A stretch of 64,000 bases of DNA from Chloroflexia bacterium (GTDB taxonomy: Bacteria > Chloroflexota > Chloroflexia > QHBQ01 > JADMIH01). Positions 47,018 to 57,102 of the stretch are shown here, one piece after another. Made by a program: the position numbers and the translations under genes. Numbering within the stretch: the first letter of the stretch is position 1; every line of letters begins with the position of its first letter. The notes below the pieces were generated by a model that did no database searches, was not told where the DNA came from, and worked only from the letters and a program-made list of their open reading frames with translations. The stretch covers positions 122,561 to 186,560 of the forward strand of contig DASVVE010000016.1 in NCBI GenBank assembly GCA_036386675.1. Reading direction: 5' to 3'.

Positions 47018-49075
47018 TTACCAATCGCGAGCGTCGTTGCGGTACTTCCACTCATGTGGAAACGGTCCTGACCGGGAAGGGGCAACCGGACCTGCTGGGG
47101 CCGCTGAGGTCTGGAATAATGGTTGGGTTACAGGTCCAGGTATCACCGGGGAGATAGAAGAACCTGTAGTGAGGCTAACGGGTAACGTAGCAGTAGGGCT
47201 GGGGACCAGTACGGGAGTGAAGGTAGGGGGCGGAGTAGGGGGTAGAGTCGGGGGTAAAGTAGGAGGTAGCGTAGCAGTAGGGCTGAGAACCAGCACAGGA
47301 GTGAAGGTAGGAGGCACAATAGGAACTGGAGTATCAGTGTAAGTAGCAGTAGCAACGGGAACCGAAGTAGGATCAAGGTCTGGAGTTGGAGCAATAATGT
47401 AAGTAGTTGCGGTGGCGGTGGAGCCAAGAACCAGGGTAGCACTAGGCTTGGGAATCGACGTAGGATCAAGGTCTGGAGGTGGGCCCGTGGTGGAGGTAGA
47501 CGTGGGAGTATTCTGGGGCGTGTCCGCGTCGGTGAGTGTATCGGGAAAGACCAGCCAGTGGTCGGCGTGGAACCATCTGGCCGAGGGATTTTCAGCGGGG
47601 TTTAGCTCGGCGCTACCCGACGAGGCGTACAGCACGTATATCCGCCGCACCGCCAGGTTCGGGTAGATCATCAGCCCTCCCTCGAAGTAAGCTACCAGAC
47701 CGCCGGTCTCCGTGCCTGGGGTATTCGTCTGTACGTCCGCGGGTGCGGTAGCCCAGCCTAGGCTTTCGCGCAGGTTCTGTTCGATCCAGACTTTGAGGAA
47801 AGTGCCGGTGGGTGGATAGAGGCCAGGCGGCACGTCCTTGGGCGACTCGGGTATATTGGTGGGGTCTACGTCGTTGAATGTCAGGACGCGCCCGTTATCG
47901 AACAACACATAGATGTCCTCGCGATCAGACATCCCGAATGTGTGAATACCTGCTTCATCGACGGTACCGCCCGCAGCACGTGCCGTTACGCTCACCATCT
48001 CACCACGCTGGTAGATCTGGCGCGTCACGGTGGCAGCCTTCTCCCGCTCGCGCATACACTTCAGGCGGACCCTTACGAACTCGTGATCCTGATATATGGG
48101 AGAGAATTTTCGCCCTGGGGTGCCGGACTGGCATGGCTTTAGAAGCACTTCGGGCTTGCCCGCGCCCTTGTAACGCCAATCGAGATAGTGCAGGCCCACG
48201 TTGCCCATCTGCACCTTGAAACCCTCTGGGGCGTCGGGTACGTAGGTGAGCACCCGCCGCTCGTATGCCTGCACCATGACGGGCGTCTGCTTACCCTCTA
48301 TCATCACCTTGGTCCAGTAGGCTTCACTTACCGGATAGCCCGTTACGTAGAAGTACGGCACGCTGAGTTGCGCGGTCGTCTTCTGGTCGTTCTCCATAAC
48401 GGGTCCCTGGGCGTTGAGGAAGTCAAAGAACACAGTGGGGATGTTGTGTTTGGTGGCAGGCTCGTAGTACGCATATGTAACACCAAACTCCCTGGCACGC
48501 TGTACATAAAACTGGGCTCTCGCGGAGTCGGGGTAGCCGTCGTCGGCAAGCCTTTGGACGACTTGCTTGCCTACGGCCTGCTGCGCGTCCTGCTCTATCA
48601 CGTAACCCAGGCTTGCGTACTTAACCGTTCCTGAGGCACCTGGCGAGTCGCCCGCCACCGGGATTTCGGCTGGGTAGCGAAAAGTGAACTTGCTGTTCCC
48701 GGTCTGCATGTTGCCGCTAACAAGCTCCCTGGTGAGCAGGCCGTTGGTGACGTAGAAGGGGCTGTTCTTGTCACCCGCGGGGTTGTTGATCTCCATGCGG
48801 CTCTTATCGAAATACTGCACGAGATGCTTACCCTGCGGCCCCTCTGCATAGTCCTCAAGTACCTGCCCTGTGTTAGGTTGCGGACCCCAGTACCAGCTTC
48901 GCTTTACTGCCCCATTCGCGACAAACGAATCGGTGCGGGTCCACACTCGCTCGAAGGCGGGGTCCGCGAACCTGCCTTCCTGATTAGCATGCACGGCCGA
49001 GCTACCGGGCGTGACACTAAGCAGGGGCAGTACAAGCAACAAGCTGATACAGACGAGAAGCTGTCGAGTCTTCAT
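47018..49075 (-). CDS. Secreted protein of unknown function (paralog 2) with a ~180-aa Pro/Thr-rich C-terminal extension
   Basis: Roughly two-thirds identical to paralog 1 over ~500 aa by eye, then ...PTLPPTLPPTPPPTFTPVLV... low-complexity repeats. Confidence 0.6.
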   Translation of the reverse strand: MKTRQLLVCISLLLVLPLLSVTPGSSAVHANQEGRFADPAFERVWTRTDSFVANGAVKRSWYWGPQPNTGQVLEDYAEGPQGKHLVQYFDKSRMEINNPAGDKNSPFYVTNGLLTRELVSGNMQTGNSKFTFRYPAEIPVAGDSPGASGTVKYASLGYVIEQDAQQAVGKQVVQRLADDGYPDSARAQFYVQRAREFGVTYAYYEPATKHNIPTVFFDFLNAQGPVMENDQKTTAQLSVPYFYVTGYPVSEAYWTKVMIEGKQTPVMVQAYERRVLTYVPDAPEGFKVQMGNVGLHYLDWRYKGAGKPEVLLKPCQSGTPGRKFSPIYQDHEFVRVRLKCMREREKAATVTRQIYQRGEMVSVTARAAGGTVDEAGIHTFGMSDREDIYVLFDNGRVLTFNDVDPTNIPESPKDVPPGLYPPTGTFLKVWIEQNLRESLGWATAPADVQTNTPGTETGGLVAYFEGGLMIYPNLAVRRIYVLYASSGSAELNPAENPSARWFHADHWLVFPDTLTDADTPQNTPTSTSTTGPPPDLDPTSIPKPSATLVLGSTATATTYIIAPTPDLDPTSVPVATATYTDTPVPIVPPTFTPVLVLSPTATLPPTLPPTLPPTPPPTFTPVLVPSPTATLPVSLTTGSSISPVIPGPVTQPLFQTSAAPAGPVAPSRSGPFPHEWKYRNDARDW

Positions 49076-49360
49076 TGCCGACTCCTCTCAAGTCACACGT
49101 GCGTGACCGGCACGTAACTCCTATGTAACTACGGCGGCTACAATAGGCATGCGGTCGGCACTTGCCGGTTGCCTTGGTGGCCGTTGCACATCTTCGCCGA
49201 ACCCTGGCACGAAACTAGCTACACATCAGGCTGTCGCAGACCGTCCAGAATCGGCTCTTGCAAGATGTGGATGGGTTATACTGGCCGTACCAAACCGCTG
49301 TCCCTGCCTAGCGGCGATAGGGAAGTGGTGTACACCCATTCTATCTCAATGAGGAGAAGA

Positions 49361-50920
49361 ATGATAGACGAAAGAATAAATATCACCCCACTTGACTTCG
49401 ACGCAGAAGCACACCTGCCTTCGGGCTTCCTCGATTTCTTCCTGCCGCTGCACCGAGAGTTCACCCGCCGCCAGCAGGCGCTGGCTCGCAGGCGTGCTGA
49501 TGTGCTTGCCTACGCCCATATGGGCAACCTGCCCGACCATCTGCTACCCTCTGAGGCCACTACGGGCGACTGGCGTATAGACCTGCCGGAATGGTGCCGC
49601 GACCAGCGCAACCAGATGACCGGCCCCGCCGACGATGCCGAGCTAGTGGTAAAGATGCTCAACTCCGGCGCGCCCGGCGTGATGCTCGACCTCGAAGATT
49701 CGATGGCGAACTCCTGGCCTAACACGCTGAAGGGTATCAGCAACGTCCTCTCCGCGCTGGTGGGTGAGCTAACTTATGCGGACCAAAAACGGGGCAGCGA
49801 GGTGGGCATCAAAGACAGCCCCACCGTCATCTGGACCCGGCCGCGCGGCCTGCACATCTCGCAGGCAGGGGTGGTGCCCGGCGACGAACTGACTTCAGCC
49901 TCGCTGTTCGACGTAGCCATGATTGCGTACCAGGCGGACCCGGCGAGGCTTAAGCACCCGCTGTGCATCTACATCCCCAAGACCGAGTCGGCGGACGAAG
50001 CCTTGTGGTGGCGCGATCTCTTCCAGGCTATATCGGTGGCAAAAGGTTTGCCGCGCGACTACATCAAGTGCATGGCGCTGGTAGAGTCGCACCCGCTGGC
50101 GTTCCAGATGGAGGAGTTCGTCTACAACCTGCGCGAGCACATACTCGGTCTTAACCTGGGGCGGTGGGACTACATGGCGAGCCTCATCCACTTCAACTTC
50201 AACGATCCCCGTTGGGTGCTGCCCGACCGCAACACGATACCCCACAACGTGCCCTTCTTCCAGAACCTGCGCGAGTTAATACCGGAAATCTGTCATAAGC
50301 GTGGCATCCTCGCTATCGGCGGCATGACGGCCCTCTTTCCCAGCCGCGTCGACTCCGAATTGAACGAACGAGCGCTCAAAGTGCTTGCCGAGGACAAAAA
50401 GAACGAGGCGAACAGCCTGATGGACGGCGCGTGGACCGGCCACCCCGACCAGAACGAGATCGCGGTGAGCCAGTTCCCATATCCGAACCAGCTAGATGCC
50501 CGTCCGCAGGGTATAGACAGGTACCCCGACCTGCGCCCCTCGCCCGAAGGTGTGGGCAAGCGGACCCTGGCGGGCACGCGCGCCGCCGTGAGGACGGTCA
50601 TACGCTATCGCAACGGCGTGCTAAACGGTAAGGGCGCGAGCCTGCTCGATGGCTACATGGAGGACTTGGCGACCGACCGCATCTACCGGCTGATGATCGC
50701 CCAGCGCATCAAGCACCGCGGCTCCGTGACCATCACCGGCGAAGAAGGGGAGACGGTCGAGCACACGCCCGACCTCGTGAGCCGCCTGTTTGACGAGGAG
50801 CTTGACAGGCTGCTACGGGAGTTGCCTGAGAATGCTCCCCCGGACGCTGCGGGCAAGTTCAAGATGGCCCGCGAGATAAGCGAAAGGATGATTACCAGGG
50901 GCGAGTTCGACCCGGTTTAG
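49361..50920 (+). CDS. aceB: Malate synthase A
   Basis: MIDERINITPLDF...LPxFL...DWRI..xP.DLRDRRVEITGP-like N-terminus and the ...WTGHPDQ... pattern. ATG at 49361 after gaggag; the ORF-track start at 49169 is too early. Confidence 0.9.
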   Translation: MIDERINITPLDFDAEAHLPSGFLDFFLPLHREFTRRQQALARRRADVLAYAHMGNLPDHLLPSEATTGDWRIDLPEWCRDQRNQMTGPADDAELVVKMLNSGAPGVMLDLEDSMANSWPNTLKGISNVLSALVGELTYADQKRGSEVGIKDSPTVIWTRPRGLHISQAGVVPGDELTSASLFDVAMIAYQADPARLKHPLCIYIPKTESADEALWWRDLFQAISVAKGLPRDYIKCMALVESHPLAFQMEEFVYNLREHILGLNLGRWDYMASLIHFNFNDPRWVLPDRNTIPHNVPFFQNLRELIPEICHKRGILAIGGMTALFPSRVDSELNERALKVLAEDKKNEANSLMDGAWTGHPDQNEIAVSQFPYPNQLDARPQGIDRYPDLRPSPEGVGKRTLAGTRAAVRTVIRYRNGVLNGKGASLLDGYMEDLATDRIYRLMIAQRIKHRGSVTITGEEGETVEHTPDLVSRLFDEELDRLLRELPENAPPDAAGKFKMAREISERMITRGEFDPV

Positions 50921-51015
50921 GAAGAGGGAACAGAGACGTTCTTCATGCCTATGGTCGAACGCCCGGCCGGAATGTTGTTCAGAACGGATAGGTTAACAAG
51001 GAGGTTAACAGCGCT

Positions 51016-52233
51016 ATGGTACAAGAAGTAACTAAGAATGTGACACAGGACGGGCACAGCAACGGTCATGGTAACGGTCAGAATCCGACGTCTGAACAGC
51101 CCCAGCTAGAGCTTGCGCCCACGCCGCTCTTGCCTGAAGGGTACATGGTGCCTAAGTCACGTTGGACGCACCCCAGCACTCGGATGCGGCAGTTGCTGGA
51201 AACTGAGCCATACTTGTTCGGGCCGGGGGTGTACGATCCTTTCGGCGCGCAGCTTGCGATGTACTACGGCTTCAAGGCGGTCTACTTCAGCGGCTATTCC
51301 TTCGCGATAGGCCACCTCGGCACCACCGATATGGACCTCTACTCCAGCGTGGAGATAGCCGACGCCGCCCGCCGCACGGTGAGCGCCCTGCGCAAGTTCC
51401 AGCTAACGATGGCTGTTGGCGAGCCGGAGAAGGGCACACCTCCGAAGCACCTGGAGATGCCGCCCCTCATCGTGGACATGGACGGCGGCTATGGCAACAT
51501 CTTCAACGTCCAGCGGACGGCGGAGCTTTACGTTGGCGCGGGCGTGGCGGCCGCCCACATCGAGGACCAGGTGCTGCCTAAGCGCTGCGGCCACATCGGT
51601 GGCAAGGCCCTCATCGGGGTGAACGAGATGGTCGGCAAATTGCGCATGGCCCGCGCCGTGGCCGACGACCTGGGCAACAGCGATTTTGTAATCATCGCCC
51701 GCACCGACGGTCTGAGCGCGGTAGACGCGCCGGAATCGCAGCGCGGGATGGAGTTGGCAATCGAGCGTGGCTTGCGCTACCTCGACACCGGCATCCCCGA
51801 CCTGCTCTGGTGCGAGTTCCCCACCTCCGACCGCGAACCTGTTGAGACGTTCGCCAGCGAAATCAGGAAGCGCTTCCCTGAAGCACGCTTCGCCTTCAAC
51901 TGGTCCTCCTCGTTCAAGTGGTTCAACGACCCCAACCCGACTACCTTTGCCGAGCTAGGCGACATGGGCTTCAAGTTCCTGTTCATCACCCTGGGCGGGC
52001 AGCACGCCACCGGCTACGGCCTCAGCAACCTCCTGCAAGAGATGTCCCAGACGCAGGAGCAAGGCTACATCAATCTGCAACGCAAGGAGTTCGTAGAAGG
52101 CGGCGACTACCCCACCAAGAGCCACCACTTCTTCTCCGGTGTGCCCTACCACCACGCCGTAGGCAAGCTATACGACGCGGCCCGCCTCGGCACCGAGTAC
52201 ATGGAGGAGCTACCGGAGGGGAAGGTAGTCTAG
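51016..52233 (+). CDS. aceA: Isocitrate lyase (ICL/PEP-mutase superfamily)
   Basis: Signature KRCGHIGGK and adjacency to aceB. RBS aaggagg. N-terminal ~45-aa extension. Confidence 0.75.
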   Translation: MVQEVTKNVTQDGHSNGHGNGQNPTSEQPQLELAPTPLLPEGYMVPKSRWTHPSTRMRQLLETEPYLFGPGVYDPFGAQLAMYYGFKAVYFSGYSFAIGHLGTTDMDLYSSVEIADAARRTVSALRKFQLTMAVGEPEKGTPPKHLEMPPLIVDMDGGYGNIFNVQRTAELYVGAGVAAAHIEDQVLPKRCGHIGGKALIGVNEMVGKLRMARAVADDLGNSDFVIIARTDGLSAVDAPESQRGMELAIERGLRYLDTGIPDLLWCEFPTSDREPVETFASEIRKRFPEARFAFNWSSSFKWFNDPNPTTFAELGDMGFKFLFITLGGQHATGYGLSNLLQEMSQTQEQGYINLQRKEFVEGGDYPTKSHHFFSGVPYHHAVGKLYDAARLGTEYMEELPEGKVV

Positions 52234-52293
52234 GGACGATGGACGATGGACGATGGACGATGGGTAGAGGGAACAAACCCCTCTGCCCATCGT
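52234..52293. repeat. (GGACGATGGAC)x4 ... cccatcgtc hairpin element directly after the aceA stop
   Basis: gggacgatggacgatggacgatggacgatggg-tagagggaacaaacccctctg-cccatcgtc. Confidence 0.7.
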
Positions 52294-52344
52294 CTGTTGT
52301 AGTGGCTGGAGCAACATAGAGCACGGGAACCAGTCTTGCCCTTC

Positions 52345-52538
52345 TCATCTTGAGCGTAGCAAAGGATCAGTGGCTCGTGCTTGGTTGCGTAACAGTGGCG
52401 ACCAAAGCCTCGGCCTTGTCATTCTGAACGCAGTGAAGAATCTCGTCCTTCAGCACCCAAGTTTCACCTTTCCTACAGCAACAGAGTCCCATAAGAAAGC
52501 GGGAGCATACTGGTATGGGACGAGATTCTTCGCTACGC
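52345..52538. repeat. Diverged copies of the 5577-5742 palindrome family (arms gtcattctgaacgcagtgaagaatctcgtc / gacgagattcttcgctacgctcagaataac, plus a third partial arm tcatcttgagcgtagcaaaggatc)
   Basis: Arms at 52417-52446 and 52509-52538 are imperfect reverse complements and differ at ~5 positions from the gtcatcctgagcgcagcgaaggatctc arms at 5590. The partial arm is at 52345-52368. Confidence 0.6.
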
Positions 52539-52620
52539 TCAGAATAACAAAGGGGGTAAGGTTCCGCAGCTCGATAGTAGCGCAGCCGCGTTCTATCTTA
52601 GAGAGGGGCACCGCAGGGGA

Positions 52621-53445
52621 TTATCTCCGCGCTACGAACAGGCCGTTGTCCTTGCGGATGTGGAGCGGTCCGTTGGCGTCGAGTTCCGCCTGAACGAAGG
52701 CTGCTAGCGCCTGGGTCTGATCCGTGTCGAAGACGGAGCCTGAACTGGAGAGTATGTAGTCTATCAGCGGGCGGGCTTCGGTTACTTCCAGCGAATCCTC
52801 GTAGCGCAGTAGCTCAACATGGCTGAAGTGCCGCGCGATTTCCTCGCCGCCGGTTTCCAGCACGAAGCCCAGCCTGTGCTCTTGTGTGTCCGTCGTAGCC
52901 GGGCCGAATGGCAGCCTTGCCGCTGCTACCGGGTCGAAGCGGTCCAACATCTCGAAAATCTCGTACAGGTGCATGCGGCCAAGCGTTGACACGTACAGCT
53001 TGCCTTCCGCTTTGAGCACGCGCCGCATTTCGGCAAGCGCCTTGCTGCGGTCCGGCACGTGATAGAGCATGTACATTGCCAGCACGCCGTCGAAGCTCTC
53101 ATCAGGGAAAGGGAGCGACATGGCATCCGCCTGCTGGAAGCTGAAGCCCTCCGCACCTTCCAGGTTGGCTCGCGCCTCCTCGACCATGCCTGGGGAGAGA
53201 TCGGTGAGCACCACTTCCCAGTCCTGGGGCATCCGAGTCAGGTTCTCCTCCCAGAGGGTGCCTGGGCCGCAACCTACTTCCAGGACCCTGGCTCTTTCCG
53301 GCAGGTCAAGCTGGTGGAACAACCAGCGGAACCAGCCGTACTTGTTGGTGCTGTAAAGCTCGTGCAGGCGTATCCGCGCGTTGAGGTTGTCCGCCGTCTT
53401 GTACTGGCTGGAAAGTAGGTAGTTCTGGTCGGAGATGCTTGACAT
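52621..53445 (-). CDS. Class I SAM-dependent methyltransferase
   Basis: VLEVGCGPGTL motif I; 274 aa. Confidence 0.75.
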   Translation of the reverse strand: MSSISDQNYLLSSQYKTADNLNARIRLHELYSTNKYGWFRWLFHQLDLPERARVLEVGCGPGTLWEENLTRMPQDWEVVLTDLSPGMVEEARANLEGAEGFSFQQADAMSLPFPDESFDGVLAMYMLYHVPDRSKALAEMRRVLKAEGKLYVSTLGRMHLYEIFEMLDRFDPVAAARLPFGPATTDTQEHRLGFVLETGGEEIARHFSHVELLRYEDSLEVTEARPLIDYILSSSGSVFDTDQTQALAAFVQAELDANGPLHIRKDNGLFVARR

Positions 53446-53460
53446 AAATAGAAACGAAAC

Positions 53461-55374
53461 CTACAAGTAGAGCATACCGAAGGTGAGAGGTTGCTTGAAT
53501 TGTAGGCGATTGCCGGTGGAGGTCATTAGCTCCTGCTGGGCTGGGTTGGGGTTGTCGTTATCGCCCGCCGAAGCCACGAAGCCGATACCCATGCCGGGCT
53601 GCGGGCGAAAGCCCCCAAAGGCGGCCCAGGGCAGCATAGCCTCGATGACGTAGCCGTTATTGGTGAGCCTGCGTTGGGCGCGTACCATGACGAGCTTGTT
53701 GCGGTTGGGGTCCCTGTCCGGGTTCCAGAATACCGCTTCGGGGCCGTGGCTGGCGAAGTCGCCTGGGGAGAGACCTAGCTGGAAGTCGTCGCCGTTGCCG
53801 GCGGCCACATTGAAGTCACCTGCCAGGTCTAGGTCGAACCATATCTCAATATCGTCGCCGTTGTACAGGCTGTAGCTGCGGGTACCGGCAGTCTGCACGT
53901 GCACGTCGTCGGTGACTACCGCGCCTATGTAGAAGTTGACGTCGTCCCAGGCAAAATTGAAGGTGGCGCTCAGGTCCTGGGGGCCTTCCCAGCGCAGGTC
54001 GCGCACCTTTTCGTTGATGTAGGTAATATCCGGGGCGGGCACCGCCCACTGCTCCGCCCCGGCCCAATCGGACATATCACCGTCAATGGTAAGAGGCTGG
54101 AGCGCGCGCGGCACGTGGATGTCGGGTCCGTTGCCGGTGCGCACGGGGCCGCTGTAGGTGGTAGGGCCGGGGGCCTGGAAGCGGTCCGCGCCGCCGTAGC
54201 CGGCCTGGCCGTTCTGCCCGATCCTGAGCGGGAATACACCCGCCCCCGCCGCCATGACGACCACCCCCAGCGCCACCAGCAACAGCGCGAAGAAGAGCAG
54301 CACCGTCCGGCGACCGCGTCCCCGCTGCTGGGGCATACGCGTATAGGTGACGTGCGGGTCGAACTGCTCGTAAACTTCGTAGGGTGGGTCTACCTCGTTG
54401 ACGTAGGGATTTATCGTCTGCTGTCCGCCGTTCCACTGCTGCGCGTTGTTGTCGTAGCCCCCGGCAGGTTGCGGCACGTAGCGGGTAGCGTTCCCAGACC
54501 CGTTGGTGCCAGGCTTGGCTTTGAGCCAGGGTCCACCTTGGGGAAGCCAGCGGGCCACTTCTTCCAGGTCGCGGGCTAGGTCCAGAGCGTCGGAGTAGCG
54601 CAGGGTAGGGTTCTTGGCGAGGGCGCGGTCGATGATCGGTTGTAGCTCCTGGGGCAATCGCGGGTTCATCGAGCGAAGGGGCGGCGGCGCGTCGTGTACC
54701 TGCCGGTAGAGGACGCTGGCGGTGTTTTCCCCCGCGAACGGTGTCACTCCGGTGAGCATCTCGTACAGCACCACGCCGAGCGAATAAATATCTGAGCGCT
54801 GTTCCGCCGGGCGGCCGCTAATCTGCTCCGGCGCTAAATAGTCGGCAGTGCCCATTACCAGGCCCGTGGCCGTCAGCCCCGCCTGTGCCGCTCCCCCCGC
54901 CCGCGCGATGCCGAAGTCCGAGAGCACCACAGAGCCGTCCGGCTCTACAAGGATGTTGCCGGGCTTTACGTCGCGGTGGATGACGCCGTTCTTGTGTGCG
55001 TAATGTAACGCGTGGGCCACGGGCACGATGACATTGACGGCGGTTTCGAGGGGCAGAGGGCCGTTGTCTTGCAGGATGTCGCGCAGAGTAGTGCCCTGCA
55101 CGTAGCGCATGGAGATGTAGTGGAGGCTGCCGTCCTGCTGCACGTCGTACACGCGTACGATGTTGGGGTGCTCCAGGTTGGCCGCGGTGACCGCCTCGCG
55201 CTTGAAGCGCTCTACCGCCTTGGGGTCTATGGCGAGCGCAGGGTCGAGCACCTTGATAGCCACCGCGCGGTTGAGCACCGTATCATGCGCCCTGTAGACC
55301 GTAGCCATGCCGCCCCTGCCAAGGAGGGACTCCAGGTGGTACTTGCCTAATCTGCGGCCTAGGAGTGTATCCAA
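53461..55374 (-). CDS. Ser/Thr protein kinase with one TM and an extracellular CBM9-like C-terminal domain
   Basis: Hanks kinase motifs (GRGGMATVYRA, HRDVKPGNIL, DFGIAR), a Pro/Gln-rich linker, TM VLLFFALLLVALGVVVMAAGA, and a C-terminal beta-sandwich-like domain. Confidence 0.85.
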   Translation of the reverse strand: MDTLLGRRLGKYHLESLLGRGGMATVYRAHDTVLNRAVAIKVLDPALAIDPKAVERFKREAVTAANLEHPNIVRVYDVQQDGSLHYISMRYVQGTTLRDILQDNGPLPLETAVNVIVPVAHALHYAHKNGVIHRDVKPGNILVEPDGSVVLSDFGIARAGGAAQAGLTATGLVMGTADYLAPEQISGRPAEQRSDIYSLGVVLYEMLTGVTPFAGENTASVLYRQVHDAPPPLRSMNPRLPQELQPIIDRALAKNPTLRYSDALDLARDLEEVARWLPQGGPWLKAKPGTNGSGNATRYVPQPAGGYDNNAQQWNGGQQTINPYVNEVDPPYEVYEQFDPHVTYTRMPQQRGRGRRTVLLFFALLLVALGVVVMAAGAGVFPLRIGQNGQAGYGGADRFQAPGPTTYSGPVRTGNGPDIHVPRALQPLTIDGDMSDWAGAEQWAVPAPDITYINEKVRDLRWEGPQDLSATFNFAWDDVNFYIGAVVTDDVHVQTAGTRSYSLYNGDDIEIWFDLDLAGDFNVAAGNGDDFQLGLSPGDFASHGPEAVFWNPDRDPNRNKLVMVRAQRRLTNNGYVIEAMLPWAAFGGFRPQPGMGIGFVASAGDNDNPNPAQQELMTSTGNRLQFKQPLTFGMLYL

Positions 55375-55551
55375 TGTGAGTTGTTAGCTGCCGATGGTTG
55401 GTGCTCAGGGGATCGCAAGAGACGGAACGCGCGTGCGATACCAGCGACATTATACGGCCAATTGCCGCCTGCTTACCAGCGTTTGCACGTTGCACCGGGT
55501 TGGGCACTGCCGCCAGCAGTACTCCGGCCGACGCACGGTGACGTGCCGCTT

Positions 55552-56865
<1,314 letters not shown>

Positions 56866-56937
56866 TTAACATCAGGGTCGAATATCCGATGCATGATACC
56901 CCAGGCAGGGGGAGTTGGCAAGACGCGCTTGATGTTT

Positions 56938-57093
56938 AAACGCCAAGACGCGGAGACGCCAAGGACGCGCCAAGTAAACTAAGGTTTAGAGAGTACAAGA
57001 GGACCAGGGTACAGTATGTCGTACCCTGGTCCTTTATCTTGAGCCACAATCCTACTATTGGCGTGGTCCTTGGCGTCTCCGCGTCTTGGCGTT
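56938..57093. repeat. Palindromic element: ~37-bp near-perfect IR arms of ACGCCAAG-type repeats around the central hairpin ggaccagggtacagtatgtcgtaccctggtcc
   Basis: aaacgccaagacgcggagacgccaaggacgcgccaag ... ggaccagggtacagtatgtcgtaccctggtcc ... ttggcgtggtccttggcgtctccgcgtcttggcgttt. Confidence 0.8.
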
Positions 57094-57102
57094 TAGACGT
57101 GG

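Noticed and set aside
52370-52693. 107-aa ORF after aceA
   Set aside because: It translates across repeat arms of the 5577 family and overlaps the convergent methyltransferase gene.
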